A DNA stretch of 64,000 nt from Lama glama (taxonomy: Eukaryota): NCBI GenBank assembly GCA_028534125.1, contig CM052817.1, forward strand, positions 15,564,001-15,628,000, given 5' to 3'. A program made the position numbers and the translations under genes. This document shows, piece by piece, positions 1 to 12,604 of this stretch. The notes under the pieces were generated by a model. That model made no database searches and was not told where the DNA came from. It saw only the letters and a program-made list of their open reading frames with translations. The number at the start of each line of letters is the position of its first letter. Position 1 is the first letter of the stretch.

Positions 1-150
1 GGGAAGTAGGTACTATTATTAATTTTCATTTTACAAAAGAGGAAAGAGACACTCAGGGACTAAATAATTTTCCCAAGTTTTCACAGCAAGAAACTGGAGG
101 ATCCGTTCTTCAAAACTCATCTGTCTGACTCTAGAATCTAGGCTTTTAAC
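1..150 (-). mobile_element. MIR SINE fragment
   Basis: 'cattttacaaaagaggaaa...ttcccaagttttcacagc...tctgtctgactctagaatctaggcttttaac' resembles the antisense MIR core. Confidence 0.7.
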
Positions 151-1369
151 TGTTAATAGATCAGAGATGCTCAGACGAAGTGACTCTAATATTAGCATTC
201 CAGATAAGAGAACACAACAATGATATCCAAGGGTCAGAATAAACTCTAATCTCAGACACAATGATCTGCTAAGACAGTGATCTGAAAAGTAGCTGGAGGT
301 TTCCAACAGATGAGCCGAGCTTCAGTAAATGGAATTCCAGTGCAAATGCTCCATTGTTGCTGGAAGAGAAGTAAATGGGTAGCATCAGAAAAATAGGGAG
401 AAGGAAGCCTGATTTGTGGATCCAGGTCAGGGTGAAGATTTCTGGACCCATTCGAAGGGACTTGACAGAAATATAAGTAACTCACTAAGCACAAAGAGTG
501 AAGGTGTGAAAGCAGCTCTTCTTAGGTCTTAAAACCTCGTCTTCTCAGCAGGAGCTCTCAAGCAGCCCGGAGTTGGTGTCTGGAGAGCAGTACCAGCCCT
601 GCCCTTGTGAAGAGTCACCCATGAGCAGTGGAGCAGCTCCTCGGATCAGAGGCAGCAGGCAGCCAGGATCCACGTGGCCTGGTCCAGGTCACCATGGAGC
701 TAATGAAAAGGGGTTGGGACTCTGCCAGCTACAAGATCTAGTACGGAGGAGCCAAACGATGTGTTTTAAACTACCTCGAAATCTGTGGATGTTTCCTTCA
801 CCTTTGAAGATCATTTCAGCCCTGAGCTAACCACCAGTAACCCCACGGAAGCCTAATAGCAAAAAGCAGTAGAGGAGCATAATTTCCCAGCCGATTCCGG
901 CATCCCGCTCCGCTGAAACCCATCTCACTGTAAAACTACAGGATAGTGTATGTCACGTATTTCTTCCCCATGTGTATTTGGAGTTATTTTGGCAGGACTT
1001 CATGAGTTTCTTGATTCATGTAAAGGATGGTAGCCATAATGTTGATAGAGTGACTACCACCCCCATGTAGATAAAATTAAATGTCTGAGCTTATCCTAGC
1101 CATTCAGTAAATATTTACTGATTCCAGCTATCTGTGTGGCACCCTTCTACATAACAGAGATCGATGGGAGATATGCAAAGTTCTTGTTCAGTGAGGTTCG
1201 TCTAAAGAGCTGAGACAGTAGCCATATAATCAAGAAGAAAGAAGAGAAGGAGGGAGAAAAGTAAAAGGAAGGAAGGGAAGGAGAGAGTAAAGGAAGAAGG
1301 AAGGACATTTCTGGCAGTGTTAACTAGTAGGAAAATTAAAAAGGGCAACGTGATTGACCATACTCAGCA

Positions 1370-1892
1370 TGTGTCTGCCTGACTAGTGCTGTGTCACACA
1401 CCACTCAGATACTTAGCGACTGAAAACGATGTTGTGTTTTGTTTACAGGTTTTGTGATTGAGAATTCTGGAGGGGTTCAGCTGGGTGGTTTGTCTGTGAT
1501 CCACACAGTGGCAGCCAGGACAGAAACATCCTCTTTGAAAAACAGCTTTTTCAGGCACAGGTCGAGGATGCAGGCTCCCTCCCTCCCTCCTTAACCTCTT
1601 CCTCCTTTCCTCTTTCCACGTGGCATTTCACCATTTCATCCTGTCTCTCAACATGCCTTCATTTCCTTACAGTGTGGCAGTCAGAGAGCAGTCACACTGA
1701 TTACATGGTAACTTGCTTCTCTAACTGTGAATGACAGTTGCCAATCCCTAAAGGCCGGGGCCCAGAAGAGACTAGCAACTTCTCTATATGTGAGCCGTCA
1801 CAGAGCCCACCCAGACTCAAGGAGATGTTCCGTGGGCCCCCAGCCCTCGATGGAGAAGTACCAAGGCACACAGGCCATCTTTAACCTAGCAC
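1370..1892 (-). mobile_element. MLT1 (ERVL-MaLR) solo LTR, MLT1F/G/H-like
   Basis: 'caccactcagatacttagcgactgaaaac', 'ggggttcagctgggtggtt', 'gtcacagagcccacccagactcaagg', ends 'ggccatctttaacctagcaca'. Confidence 0.7.
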
Positions 1893-2359
1893 AGGGTCTC
1901 TGACATAATGTTGAGTGACTGAAGAAGCTTCTCACGGGAGGTGACATTTGAACTGACTCCTGAGTGACAAGAAGAAACTAAAATGATAACTTCTAAGAGC
2001 AGACCACGCTGGGCAGAGGGAACAGCAAACACAAAAACCTGAGGCATAAATGATTGCTGTATTTGAGAGAAGAGTGAAGGCTAGTGCAGCTGGAGCTTGA
2101 AGACTGGAGGGAGAGACTGTGAGGAGGTGAGATAGTAAAAGTAGAGTCAGTTGGCCATGGGTGGGACTGGGATACTATTCTTAGTGTAAGGGAAGGCATA
2201 GGAAGCTTTTGAAATTAGCATGAAGTAATTTACATATTTAAAGGATTACAGAAGTACCAGAATAGCAGTTGGAAGAACAGTTAGGAGACTATCACAGTAA
2301 TTCAAGTATGCGATGATGATGATTTAGACTCACTTGATTCCACTGAGGGCAGATTTAAG

Positions 2360-2740
2360 ATAAATGTGGATATAGGTATAGGTACAGGTTTAGGAATAAG
2401 TGTAGGTATAGGTACACGTATAGTTGTAGACGTAGGGACAGATTTAGAGGTGGACCTATATATGTATGTATTTAAATAGAGACTTAGATATACATATGCA
2501 CATAAAAATCAATATGGAAATATTTATAGAATGAGATAGAGATGGAAATAAAGAGAGAGACACTGACATAGAAATAGAAAGATAGTAGATTTAAGGATAA
2601 GGTATATAGAGACAAAGATATGCAGATATATTTAGATACAGGTAGAGATAGATATAAATGTTGAAGTAGACATGAGTTTAGACAGAGGTAGAGACACAAA
2701 CGGAGGTAGATAGACATTTGAGATGGACACAGTAGAGTTT
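2360..2740. repeat. Degenerate purine-rich simple repeat (TATAGG/ATAGAG-like) inside L2
   Basis: 'tataggtataggtacaggtttagg...gtaggtataggtacacgtatagttgtagacgtagg...gtagagatagatata'. Confidence 0.7.
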
Positions 2741-3014
2741 GTTAGGGGATTAAGTAAGACAGCAAGGATGCAAAAGAATTCAAGGATGACGTAAGCACCT
2801 GGATGCAGAGTAGGGCTGGTGACTGAGTTGGAGGAGACTGGTTTATGGAAATTATTCCACTAAAGAGGTAAAATTGGCTCCAGAACTCCTCTGAAATCAG
2901 AATTGCTGGAGGGGGTCGTGTCACCCTGATTTGTGTCCTCTTCCCTCTCACATGAACGCTCTTCTCTGCCTCTGTCTTTCATCCTAGCGTTTCTCACCTC
3001 TGGAATATAATGAC

Positions 3015-3258
3015 TGGGACAGTGTCACAGCTTTGGAGCAAGAGAGGTCTGTATTCAAACAAGGTGGCTGCCATTTACAAGCTATGGACCACGGGCAAAT
3101 TAACTGGCTCCTTTAAGCTTCAGGATCTTCTACTTCAAACTGGAAATAACTTTACCCACCTCCCAGGGCTGCTATGAGAATTAAAAATTTTAAAAAATAT
3201 GTAAGATGTATTTAGTGCTGTGTCCAGAACCTAACAGGGCTCAAGAAATGTTCATCTT
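3015..3258 (+). mobile_element. MIR SINE
   Basis: 'gctttggagcaagagaggtctgtattcaaac...ccatttacaagctatggaccacgggcaaatta...acccacctcccagggctgctatgagaattaaa'. Confidence 0.75.
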
Positions 3259-4055
3259 TTCCTTATTTTCCCAAGCCTTTCAAAATCCTACTTGTTTACT
3301 AAGAATCAATCTTTCTTAGCTGCTTTGTGAAACTTTTTAAATCATTGCCACTCCTCAAAGTATCATTCCATAATTATTCCCATTGAGCTAATGCAACTCC
3401 CTGATTAAACTGTAATTTCCTTAAAGGCAGCAATTGACTATGACACAACCTCTTTTTTCCACAACATCCAGCACAATGCTGAACACTCCATAACTATATA
3501 AAATAAAACCCTATTTATTAAATTCTCTTTTTTTCTTTTGGTATATTAAGTAATTCTCCAACATTGAAGTTCCAACGAGAAACTGAATCTAAAAATGATT
3601 TAATACATAGTTTCATGGATTTTCCTAATTAAATAAGCAGAGGACTTCAGGAAGATTTTATTTTTCTTATTCTTTTCAAGTGGTTCTCATATTTAATAGA
3701 ATGTTATAGATATGAAAATAAAAGTCTCTGTAATGGATAGTTTTTTCCCCATCAAGCTCTCGGAAAGTTAGTCAACGTCTTCAAATTACATTGATGTGTC
3801 ATAGTCTTAAATGACTTATATTACATGAGAACATTTGTGAATGCTAATCACTCTGTATTCTTGGGGTAAAATTTACCTTTGAAAATATAGCTTCCTGAGA
3901 CAGATATTGTATATTATATTTTAAAGTGTATTTGTTACAAGTAATTTTTTTAGATTCAAAATGTGACTTCTAGATAAAGTTTCACATTACAGTAATATCT
4001 TTCTCTTCTTTCTGTCTCTACCTATGTCCATAAAACTGTTTTCTTTCTTGCATAG

Positions 4056-4211
4056 AGTATGAAAGCATCCTCCCAAAATCTGGAACGATTCTTACCACTG
4101 CAAAAACTACGACCATTCAGAAGCTTTGTCTCCAATTTTGATCAAATACAAGCACAGCTATCTTTGTCAAACCTTATTAATATGAAGAGAATTTCTCTTT
4201 TGGATTTGTAA
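4056..4211 (+). CDS. Candidate terminal coding exon of an unidentified gene (SMKASSQNLERFLPLQKLRPFRSFVSNFDQIQAQLSLSNLINMKRISLLDL*)
   Basis: 61-nt AG-free pyrimidine-rich tract (3993-4053) ending 'ttttctttcttgcatag'; 51 sense codons to TAA at 4209-4211; AATAAA at 4501; peptide not recognised. Confidence 0.25.
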   Translation, partial: SMKASSQNLERFLPLQKLRPFRSFVSNFDQIQAQLSLSNLINMKRISLLDL

Positions 4212-4729
4212 CCATGTGTTCATAAAATTATTTCTCTATGACTTGAGGATTTTTATTGTCAAAGAATATCTCTCATTTTACACCATTATTGCTTATTGAT
4301 CTTAGTATCCATTGATTTTCCACATTGACTTTTTTTCATAAAATAATAATTCTTATCTTAATAACTAGTCCCATATAAGATGTGTAAAATCATATGTAGA
4401 CAAACAATCTTTTCGTACTATACAAATACCATTAGTAGTATATACTTTTTAATCAGAGTTGCAAATTGAGTATTCCATAACAAATGCTGCATATAACCAT
4501 AATAAAAAACAAAGAAAATTATGAAATAAGAAATATTAAGCAAAAAGTTTCTTTCCTTGGTACAATTATAAAAAGGATTCCTCTATGGATAACCTTTTAA
4601 TGAATGCTGGAGTGCAGGCTATCCCACTATTGAAACATTGGCACAAATATCTATGCCCCAAATGGATAATTCAGGATGTAGCATAGTCAAAAATGCACCA
4701 AATCCTTTGATAATTTTTCATCTGTACCT

Positions 4730-5268
4730 GGTGATGTGGATGATCTGACCCTTCTTTCCTTTCCGCCCTCATGTCAGATTACTCTCTGCTTTGCTCAGGA
4801 TGATCCAGACACACTGATTCCAATTCCTTGAACACACATAACTCTCTTAGCTCAGAGATTTTGACCCTGACATTTCCTCCATGACCCTGACATTTCCCCC
4901 ACCTCCAACATTTTCCAAATGGCTCTTCACATGGCAGTATCTTTTAATCCTTTGGTTTAGATATCACCTCCTCAGTGAGTTTTTTGGCTATTTGAAGTAT
5001 GACTCCCTATATTGATAGAGCACCTAGATTCATAGATTTCACTTCATCGGGCATTTCACAGGCATCTTCTTTCTTGCAGAATACTCACCGCAATGTGTAA
5101 TTATCATCACATATTATTCAGAGGTTTATTTTCTGTCTTCTTCACTAGAATAGGATCTCCATAAGGACAGGAAATGTGTTTGTATTGATCATCGCTCTCA
5201 TTCTAGTGCTTATGGAATAACTGGCACATAGTGGATATTAACATGTTTTCTGCATGTATGAATGAATC
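4730..5268 (+). mobile_element. L2 LINE 3' portion
   Basis: 'gatatcacctcctcagtgag', 'cactagaataggatctccataaggacagg', 'ctggcacatagtgg...atgaatgaat' terminus. Confidence 0.8.
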
Positions 5269-5554
5269 ATACACTTACGCCACAGAAATAAAGTGAGTGA
5301 TAGGTCTAAATGTCCCCACCCACCATCAGCTTCCAAGGATTTGACACTAAATTCTCCTTCTCTAATGTAGTCTACTTTTACTCTTTTGTTATTCTGTCTG
5401 ATGTGTAATAAAATCATGACCTTTGGAGTCAGACAACAAATTACGTTTATGCTCATTTGGCAAAATAATATGATGTTAGATGTTGGTGAGCTAAATATTG
5501 ATAGTACGTAAAGTAAATATTGGGCAGCTATCAGACTAGAAATGGACTTATATG

Positions 5555-5740
5555 TTATTATTTCTCAAATTTGTCTGTTTAATAAGATCTGGGGCTTGTT
5601 AAAAAGTAGAGATTCACAACAACCCACTCCTCTCCCAGATGGCCTGTTAGATTGACTCTCCACTTGTGACAGTTAGGAATCTGGACATTTTACAAGAATG
5701 CATTTGCTTCTGATGACTAAACACATTTAGGGAACATGAG
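5555..5740. mobile_element. MER5-like hAT-Charlie remnant
   Basis: 'tttctcaaattt...ctggggcttgttaaaaagtagagattc...ggaatctggacattttacaag...gggaacatg'. Confidence 0.45.
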
Positions 5741-5759
5741 TAGATTTCATGCTAAAAAT

Positions 5760-6600
5760 TTTATCCTGAAGATGTGGAGAAACAGTTAAGAAGTTTAAGC
5801 ATTTTCTGGTGGCTGAATGTAGCAGTCAGGATGGAGAAGAGGCAGTGATTTGTACAATATTAGATGGGAAAAATGGAGTTGAAATTTGACCAGTGCTTAG
5901 ATTTATGAGTTGTAAATCTGGGAGAGAAAAATCAGGTGGATAATGGTATCTTCCATTAAAACTGAACTTAGAGAAAGAAGATAGACTTCAGAGTAGAGCA
6001 GTGTGTGCACATATGAGTGTGTGTGTGTACCTGTGATTGGTGGTGCTTGGGGGTGGGAGGTTGGTCTATGGAAGGATAGAGTTCAGTTTGGAATAGATAG
6101 ATTTGAAGTGCCTGTGGAGCATTCAGTGCCAGGAAGCAGCTGGAAACATGGATCAGGGTTCTGGGGTGTGATCTGAGCTGGAGGGGTTGATAAGAGAATG
6201 GTCAGTATAGAGACAATTACTGAAGTCATTAGAGTAAATGAGACTGGGGAGGAAGAGTGTACAGAGAAAGAGAGAGAAGAGGAATGAGGACAGACACTCA
6301 TGGAATCCTAATATTTAAAGGAAATGTGGAGGGAGAAGGATCCAGAAAGGAAACTGACCAATGACCAATGATGTAGGAGGAAATCCAGGGATGAACGATG
6401 ATAGGGGAAAAAATTGGAAAGGATTTTCAAAAGAAAAGTAATCACAGTATTAAATTTTGCCAAGGTTAAGTAAGGCTAGAACGCAAAATGCTCATTGCGT
6501 TTATAAACAGGAGGCTCACTAATAACATTTGCTGGTGAACTTTCAATAGACAACAACAGAATCTGATTACAATGAGTTGCAATATGTGTGAATAAGGATA
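5760..6600 (-). mobile_element. L2 LINE internal fragment
   Basis: 'gagttcagtttgga...tttgaagtgcctgtggagcattcag...gcagctggaaacatggatc...gaggacagacactcatggaatcctaatatttaaagg'. Confidence 0.75.
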
Positions 6601-6614
6601 CAGATGTCTATGAT

Positions 6615-6725
6615 ATTCAGTTTCTCATCTATGAAGTGGATACAGTAATACCATCCCTGAAAGGCTGATGTGAGGATTAAATGAAATCACAGGTTTCTGA
6701 CACGCTGTTTAGAACAAAACAGCTA
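6615..6725 (+). mobile_element. MIR fragment
   Basis: 'cagtttctcatctatgaagtggatacagtaatacc...ggctgatgtgaggattaaatga'. Confidence 0.7.
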
Positions 6726-7239
6726 TCCCAAAATATTTTGAAGAAATATTTTTATTCAACATTATCAATACAAGGTGAGGGATTCCATATTAATTCAGTA
6801 AAATTCCATTCAATTTATATGAGTTAAAAGCAAAGACTCCATTAATTAATGAAGAGAGTGACTCATTTTCATAATTGTTTATTAATGAAGAGGACATAAG
6901 ATGATGTTTTTGAACACATAGAATTTATAAAATTAATCTAAATAAAATATGCTAAAATCCTATCTAGAAATAATAATTTCAGTTACTTTGATATTCTGTG
7001 GGGCAAAATAATGCCCTGAAAACAAAATGGTATGTATGCAAAACTGATATAATGTAATCAATTTATATTCATGAGTCAATTCTGTACTGCAATCCAGCAT
7101 TACAATGATGTTTATTATACTGTATTGCCAGGGAGAAAAAACTGTAGGACAAGTTATCATTTATTAGGTAGTTAATTCATTTTTTAATTCATAGCTTTAG
7201 TGAGTTCTATGAGTGAAACGTGTCCTTAGGAAGGTTATA

Positions 7240-7400
7240 TGTCTTCTTAGTTAAACTCAACGACAACTGAGGCAGAGGGGGCTCTGTCCTCTTTTGCAGA
7301 TGACAAAATGGGCACTCAGAAAGACTAAGAGTGCTGCCCAGGACACCCAGCTATTTAAAGGTAGTACTTGTACTTGGCCTTTGACAGTGTAACTCTTAAG
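7240..7400 (-). mobile_element. MIR fragment
   Basis: 'ttttgcagatgacaaaatgggcactcagaaagactaagagtgctgcccaggacacccagct'. Confidence 0.65.
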
Positions 7401-10400
7401 CAAACTAGTTTATCTATTTCCTTTGTTCTCAACATTTGTACTCTAAGAAGCAAGGCACTGGGTTAACATCTTGATTCAGCCTCCATAAACAAATATCTGT
7501 TGATGATGAAATATGAGCAGAGGACTCTTGAATCTGAGCATGTTGATGGGTATGAGACATCATCCTTTGCTTAATCAAAGACAAATGAGACAATTATATA
7601 CAACCACAAAGGACTTACTATTATTAGCTACAACATATCAGTCGAAGTGCATATACATGCTGGGGAATGAAGGTTGTATCTATGTTTAACTTGAAAAACT
7701 TGAAGGCTGGAGATTTTATCCATATTTGGGTCCAGCTTTGTTTATAGGAAATAAGAAATCTGTAAAGATGATAAATTGCTAACACCCTGATAATAGGCAA
7801 CCATGGAGTCAAGAGTGCAAAAAATAACCGGTCACTTCCAAAGTGGCAAGAACTGTGTGCTGTTGGTGAGATGAATAAAATTTACTTTAAAATGTTTCAG
7901 CGTAGCCCTCTAGATTATGCTGTTATAGGTTTGTTAAGTGGTTAAGCAATAAGCATGTGCAGATGGCTGCTCTAATCAGGAATTCACACTCCGAGGGAAT
8001 CTAGCTAGCATTTTTAATTTAAAAACTCTTATTCTAGAATTGGCTTCTACCTGTGCTTCTGCTATCCCATTTAGATTAATAACAATGCTTTACTAAGTAG
8101 CTCGGTGATTGTCAGAAAAAAAAAGTTGTTAAAATTAGTATCCTATTAAATATCATGGTTAATATCAGAAATGAGTTCTCATTGGTAAAGTATTCAAAAT
8201 ATTTTTAGAGAAATTCTAACCCTTGGATTAACAGGGTGTACACATCTAGGCTGCATTTCAAGAAACGGTTCGTAAGGATGAGGTGCCAGCCCACTAGTTG
8301 GGGAGAATTTTGGTTGCCATACATAGACCATAAAGACCCCCAGCCTCTACCTCTGACCCATTATTACACTCACCTTGAGTGAATGTTTCATGTAAGTGAT
8401 GGTCACAATACCTAGTAGGACAGAAGGCTGAACTTATCAAATTTACAGAACCAGTCATGTGGACTTTCAAAGACTGCTTCCAAATAAATGTTTAAAAAAG
8501 AAACAAACTCAGTCATTTGTGTGAAAGACATTGATTTGAAACTTACTGTTATTATAACTAAGTAGCATGCTTCTAGAGGATTAGCCAGCTCTGACCCTCT
8601 TCAAACATCTTGGTTGGCCTGTTTTCTACCAGTAAGAATTTACAAGTTATACATGTCTAAATTAGTTTAAGACCATGTGCATGATAGCAATGCACATGGA
8701 CTGAAACATAGTGGGGAGAGGTATTTTTGATTATTGAGAAATGTTCATAGCTTTGGATAAGAAGCTTCATCATCCAAGAGTGGAAAAATCTCATGGAGAC
8801 AAGCCTGTCTCCATGACCCTACTCTTAGTCTCCTCTCTGTTTCATCAAGGATGCCTTTACCCCTCCGACTGAGACAAGTATCTTTTCTTATAGTCCAGGT
8901 TCCCAGAAAACTTTACCAACCACGGGTACTCTTCCTGATAGAAAAGCACTGATTAAAAATACTCCATGTAAAACCACCTGTTTTTTAAAAGCTTTTCAAA
9001 AGCAACTTGCATTCTAATGTGTACACATTAAAATATGTATCTCTAAATATTTTTATGCTAATTTTCCAAATTAATGTGTAACTCTAAAGCACTTTATTAT
9101 GCGTTAGATAGAGTTTATTGATGGATTTCAACAAGAAAGATGGCCACATATGTTATGGTACCTCATATCTATTTAATACTACATTCACAGGCCAGTTTGG
9201 AAAATTTAATAGAGTTCTCAAAAAAAAAATACACCTTTTGGATCAGCACAAAGTTTTGCCTTAACATAGTAGGAATACATTTATATAATATTTAGACAAT
9301 AGCTCCATTCCATCTATTGGGAATACTGATCATAACTTGGAAAGAATATTTGTAGACAAATAGCTTTTTCCATAATATTTAGAGGAGAAATGTAATGGAA
9401 TGTGGTCCATTATTAAATTCATTCTAAAAACGTTTGATTAGAGCACCTGTTAATTCTCTGTCCTTAATTTTGCATATGGATTAGCACATTGGGTGCCAAG
9501 GAATTCAAAGTTTCTTTTTTGCTAGGGAATCAATATTAGTGATTGAATGGGACAAGTTCATCTGTCTACCCCGTATTGAAATATGACTGATGTGGTGAAA
9601 CTACATCTAGTTGGAGGGAGCAGGGATATTTGATAGCAAAATAAATGGGATCTTGCCAAAAACCTTCTCCCCCGCTTCTCTTTCTCAGTGACACCTGGAC
9701 CAGAACCAGCACAAGAACGATCATGTTTCTGAAATGTTCCAAGGTCGCCCTTCTGGGAGTTCTTTCTGCTATCTTCCGTGGACACATGTTTACTCTCATT
9801 TTTAAATGAGGTTTATCTGTGGAATAAGTTTTTAATAGGAATTGCACATTTTGAATCAAACTAATGTAATTGAATGGGGTGGGGGGAGTGATAGTTTTTC
9901 ACAAGGCACTATTCCAAATTCCTCTAGTCCTACAAACTACATCTTCCTCATTTTAGCTGTATTCTTGACAGAGCCTGAGGTTAACCCCCAGGCAGAAATG
10001 CACATTTTTAGGAAAAAGGTTTGCATCCTCTGGCACAGTTTTCAATCAAGATTCGTGGAGGGAGGGGGTTTGTTGTGGTTTTGTTTTTACTTGCAAAAGG
10101 AACATTTCTTAAAATACTGCATTAAAAGTCCTTGGCATGGCAGCAGGCAAAAATGGTGAATGCAGGCATGGCCACTGTGGATAGCTAAATATATCTCACC
10201 TCAGTGGACTCTTTGATATTTAGGTTTTCAGTGCTCTGTTAAATGCTCTGCACATTTTAAAAGCTGTTTACGGGCAATTCATGTAAGATGGCATAACAGG
10301 CAATGGATTGAATTTGCAAAACATGTTTATTTAACAAATTCAGTTTTGCTTCAGTTGGATACTTTGGCATATTATATTTTTATCTCTTTAAGATTTAGAA

Positions 10401-11439
10401 AACTTTCTTTAGGAGCCTTCCAGTTTTTCCTACAAAAGTGTAACAAATACCATCTTTCTTGGTAATCTTCTGAATGGTTTTCACAAAACAGGATTATCAG
10501 AATTCTTTTTCCTACTATAGAATCCTGAATCAGCAAAATTTGCAGCTCTGCTGCATACTTAAAATAGGCTGGCATCAATCTAGTATGGTATTGCCGGCAT
10601 GGGTCATTTTTTTTTTTAATCTGTAAGGTCGTCAGAATATGACCAGTGCATGGAAAGAAAGAATCTATCCTCGTGAACCACTCTAGGGCCGGCCGCTTTT
10701 CTATCGCTTTGCCTCTGTGCTTCCAGAAGACATGACTAATGATTTTGAATTACAGTGGCCTGGTGACTTGTCAGTGACAGATAGAAATGACAGGCTCCTG
10801 AAGTAGCCCAGTCTTCACAACTCCCCTATATTGGTTTCTCAGCCATTCACAGTCAATGTTCAACGTTCTTTTAGGTACGTCTTAAACCTCTATGTATCCC
10901 CTTTAAGATACAGAGCAGTTGGAAATTGGGAAAGGATATTGCCATTTGGTGGAAACTACAATTTCTTTAATACATGAAAGCTTGGCTTCATTGCATCTGG
11001 GAAAAACATTTCAAACAAAAAAGGAAACAAGAACTAACCCGGAAGAGCCGTCCTTTGTTTCATTTCTGAAATCCACTCTTTTGCCAAAGTGGTACAATTC
11101 ACCTCTTTGTAGAACTTTCTCTATGAGTCCTCATGTTGTGTGTGTTTGTGGTGGGGTGAGGGGAGGTGATTGATGTCTCATTTTGTCTCTTACTCATGGT
11201 CTCACTCTGGGCTGCTTTCACAGTTTTTGATCTCTGAAGATGGGAAAAAATCAACTGGAGAAGGTGCTTTCTAAAAGCCCTTGTACCTCCCTTCATGGGG
11301 TTAACTCTCCTCCATTGATACCAGCTTGATGGGGCTGTAAATCATTTATTCTCTCCGCTCTAGATGCTGAGGGAGTCCCTGGAGACACGATTAGCTCCTT
11401 TAACGAGACCTTTTCTCTCCAGCTTACTACAGCCAACAA

Positions 11440-11757
11440 GTAAGTTACATAATCCTTAAGCTCAACCAATCAGACTCTTTCTGCTGGAATCTGAATCTCA
11501 GCAAGAGAGTTTCAAGATCTGAAAACATGGCCGGTGTGGATTTATTCTAACTGTGGCATCCTGATATTCCGGCTGAAGAGTTTTTCCTGCCCTGATTGTT
11601 CTTACTCTGTTTGAAAATACGTGTGGATATGTGTGTGTGTGTATGTGTGTTTTAGTTTTCTGGTCTATATACTAATTTTGTAAGCTACTAATATCTTTCC
11701 AGTAAATTTACTTTTGTTTAAATCACTCACAATAGATTTTTATTATTTGCTGCAAAA
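11440..11757 (+). mobile_element. Old ERVL LTR remnant (LTR33-like)
   Basis: 'ccaatcagactctttctgctggaatctgaatc' and 3' end 'gtaagctactaatatctttccagtaaatttacttttgtttaa...tttttattatttgctgc'. Confidence 0.5.
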
Positions 11758-11968
11758 AAGCAAGCAAACAAAATAAAACAAAACAATAAAACAAAAACCC
11801 CTAAAAGATATATCCGTCACAAACCCTTTTTGTGACAAGGTAGGATAGAAATAAATGTAATAATTAGGTAGAAAAGCAAGCTTTGGGCATAAGAATTCAA
11901 GTACTGTAGCTGCTATTAGTTCTAGACATCCCTTTATAGAGATGATATAAAGCAAGTTTCAAACAGTA

Positions 11969-12604
11969 TGTAGTTTCGTTGTGGGCAAGAGATTCTTGTC
12001 TTGTTGCAGAAAGAATTCAGAGACAAGAAGCAGAGGTTAAGAAAGAAAAGCAAGGATTTATTAAGGGGTAGGTAGTACGCTCTCAAGGAAGAGCGGGCAG
12101 ACCCAGGCGGGTGGCCACCCCCAGTTTCCTTGGCAAGCTCATCATATGAGTGTAAAAACGAACGGGCAGAATATTCATTGGCAGAGAGGGTTTTGGGGTC
12201 TTCTTTCCTGATCTTCATCCCAGCTCCATCTTCCCAGGTAGGGAGGAGGGATTTTTCATCCTTACTTAGTCTTGATTGGGAAGTTGGATCAGGTCATAAT
12301 GAACAAAGGGTTACATTGGGATGGGGGTATCCTAAACAAAAGTTTACTTTTGGACGGAGGTCATGATGATCAAGAGGTTACATTTGGATGGTGGGGATTC
12401 CTGTCCTGTCCTACCCTTCTGCCTCCAGGACACTTATCAACCCAGAAGATGTGTGTGTGTGTTTTTTTTTTTTAATCAGTCCACAGGACCTTGTTTTTCT
12501 TGGTCTGTCCAAAGACACCCATTGTTCACAAGATGTATGGTTTTCGGTCATTTGCCCATGTTCCTCTTTCTCTGTTCATATCTAGCTACCTGCCTGCTCT
12601 AACA
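11969..12604 (-). mobile_element. ERV1-type solo LTR (636 bp)
   Basis: TG...CA termini; AATAAA on the minus strand ('tttatt' 12057-12062); U5 motif 'tcttgtcttgttgcagaaagaattcagagac'; flanked by 13-bp direct repeat gtttcaaacagta. Confidence 0.85.

Larger units (their letters stand above)
1100..2870 (-). mobile_element. L2 LINE, fragmented; interrupted by an MLT1 LTR and a simple repeat
   Basis: L2 3' end 'cattcagtaaatatttactga' at ~1102; body motifs 'ggaggtgacatttgaactga', 'cagagggaacagcaaacacaaaaacctgagg', 'gaattcaaggatgac'. Confidence 0.75.

Noticed and set aside
549..830. GC-richer ORF after a weak CAGCAG acceptor
   Set aside because: Short pyrimidine tract, no good donor and no recognisable protein; possibly an old LTR remnant.
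8791..8816. Perfect 11-bp hairpin TCATGGAGACA-agcc-TGTCTCCATGA
   Set aside because: One such stem in 64 kb is not far from chance, and it is too short for a pre-miRNA.
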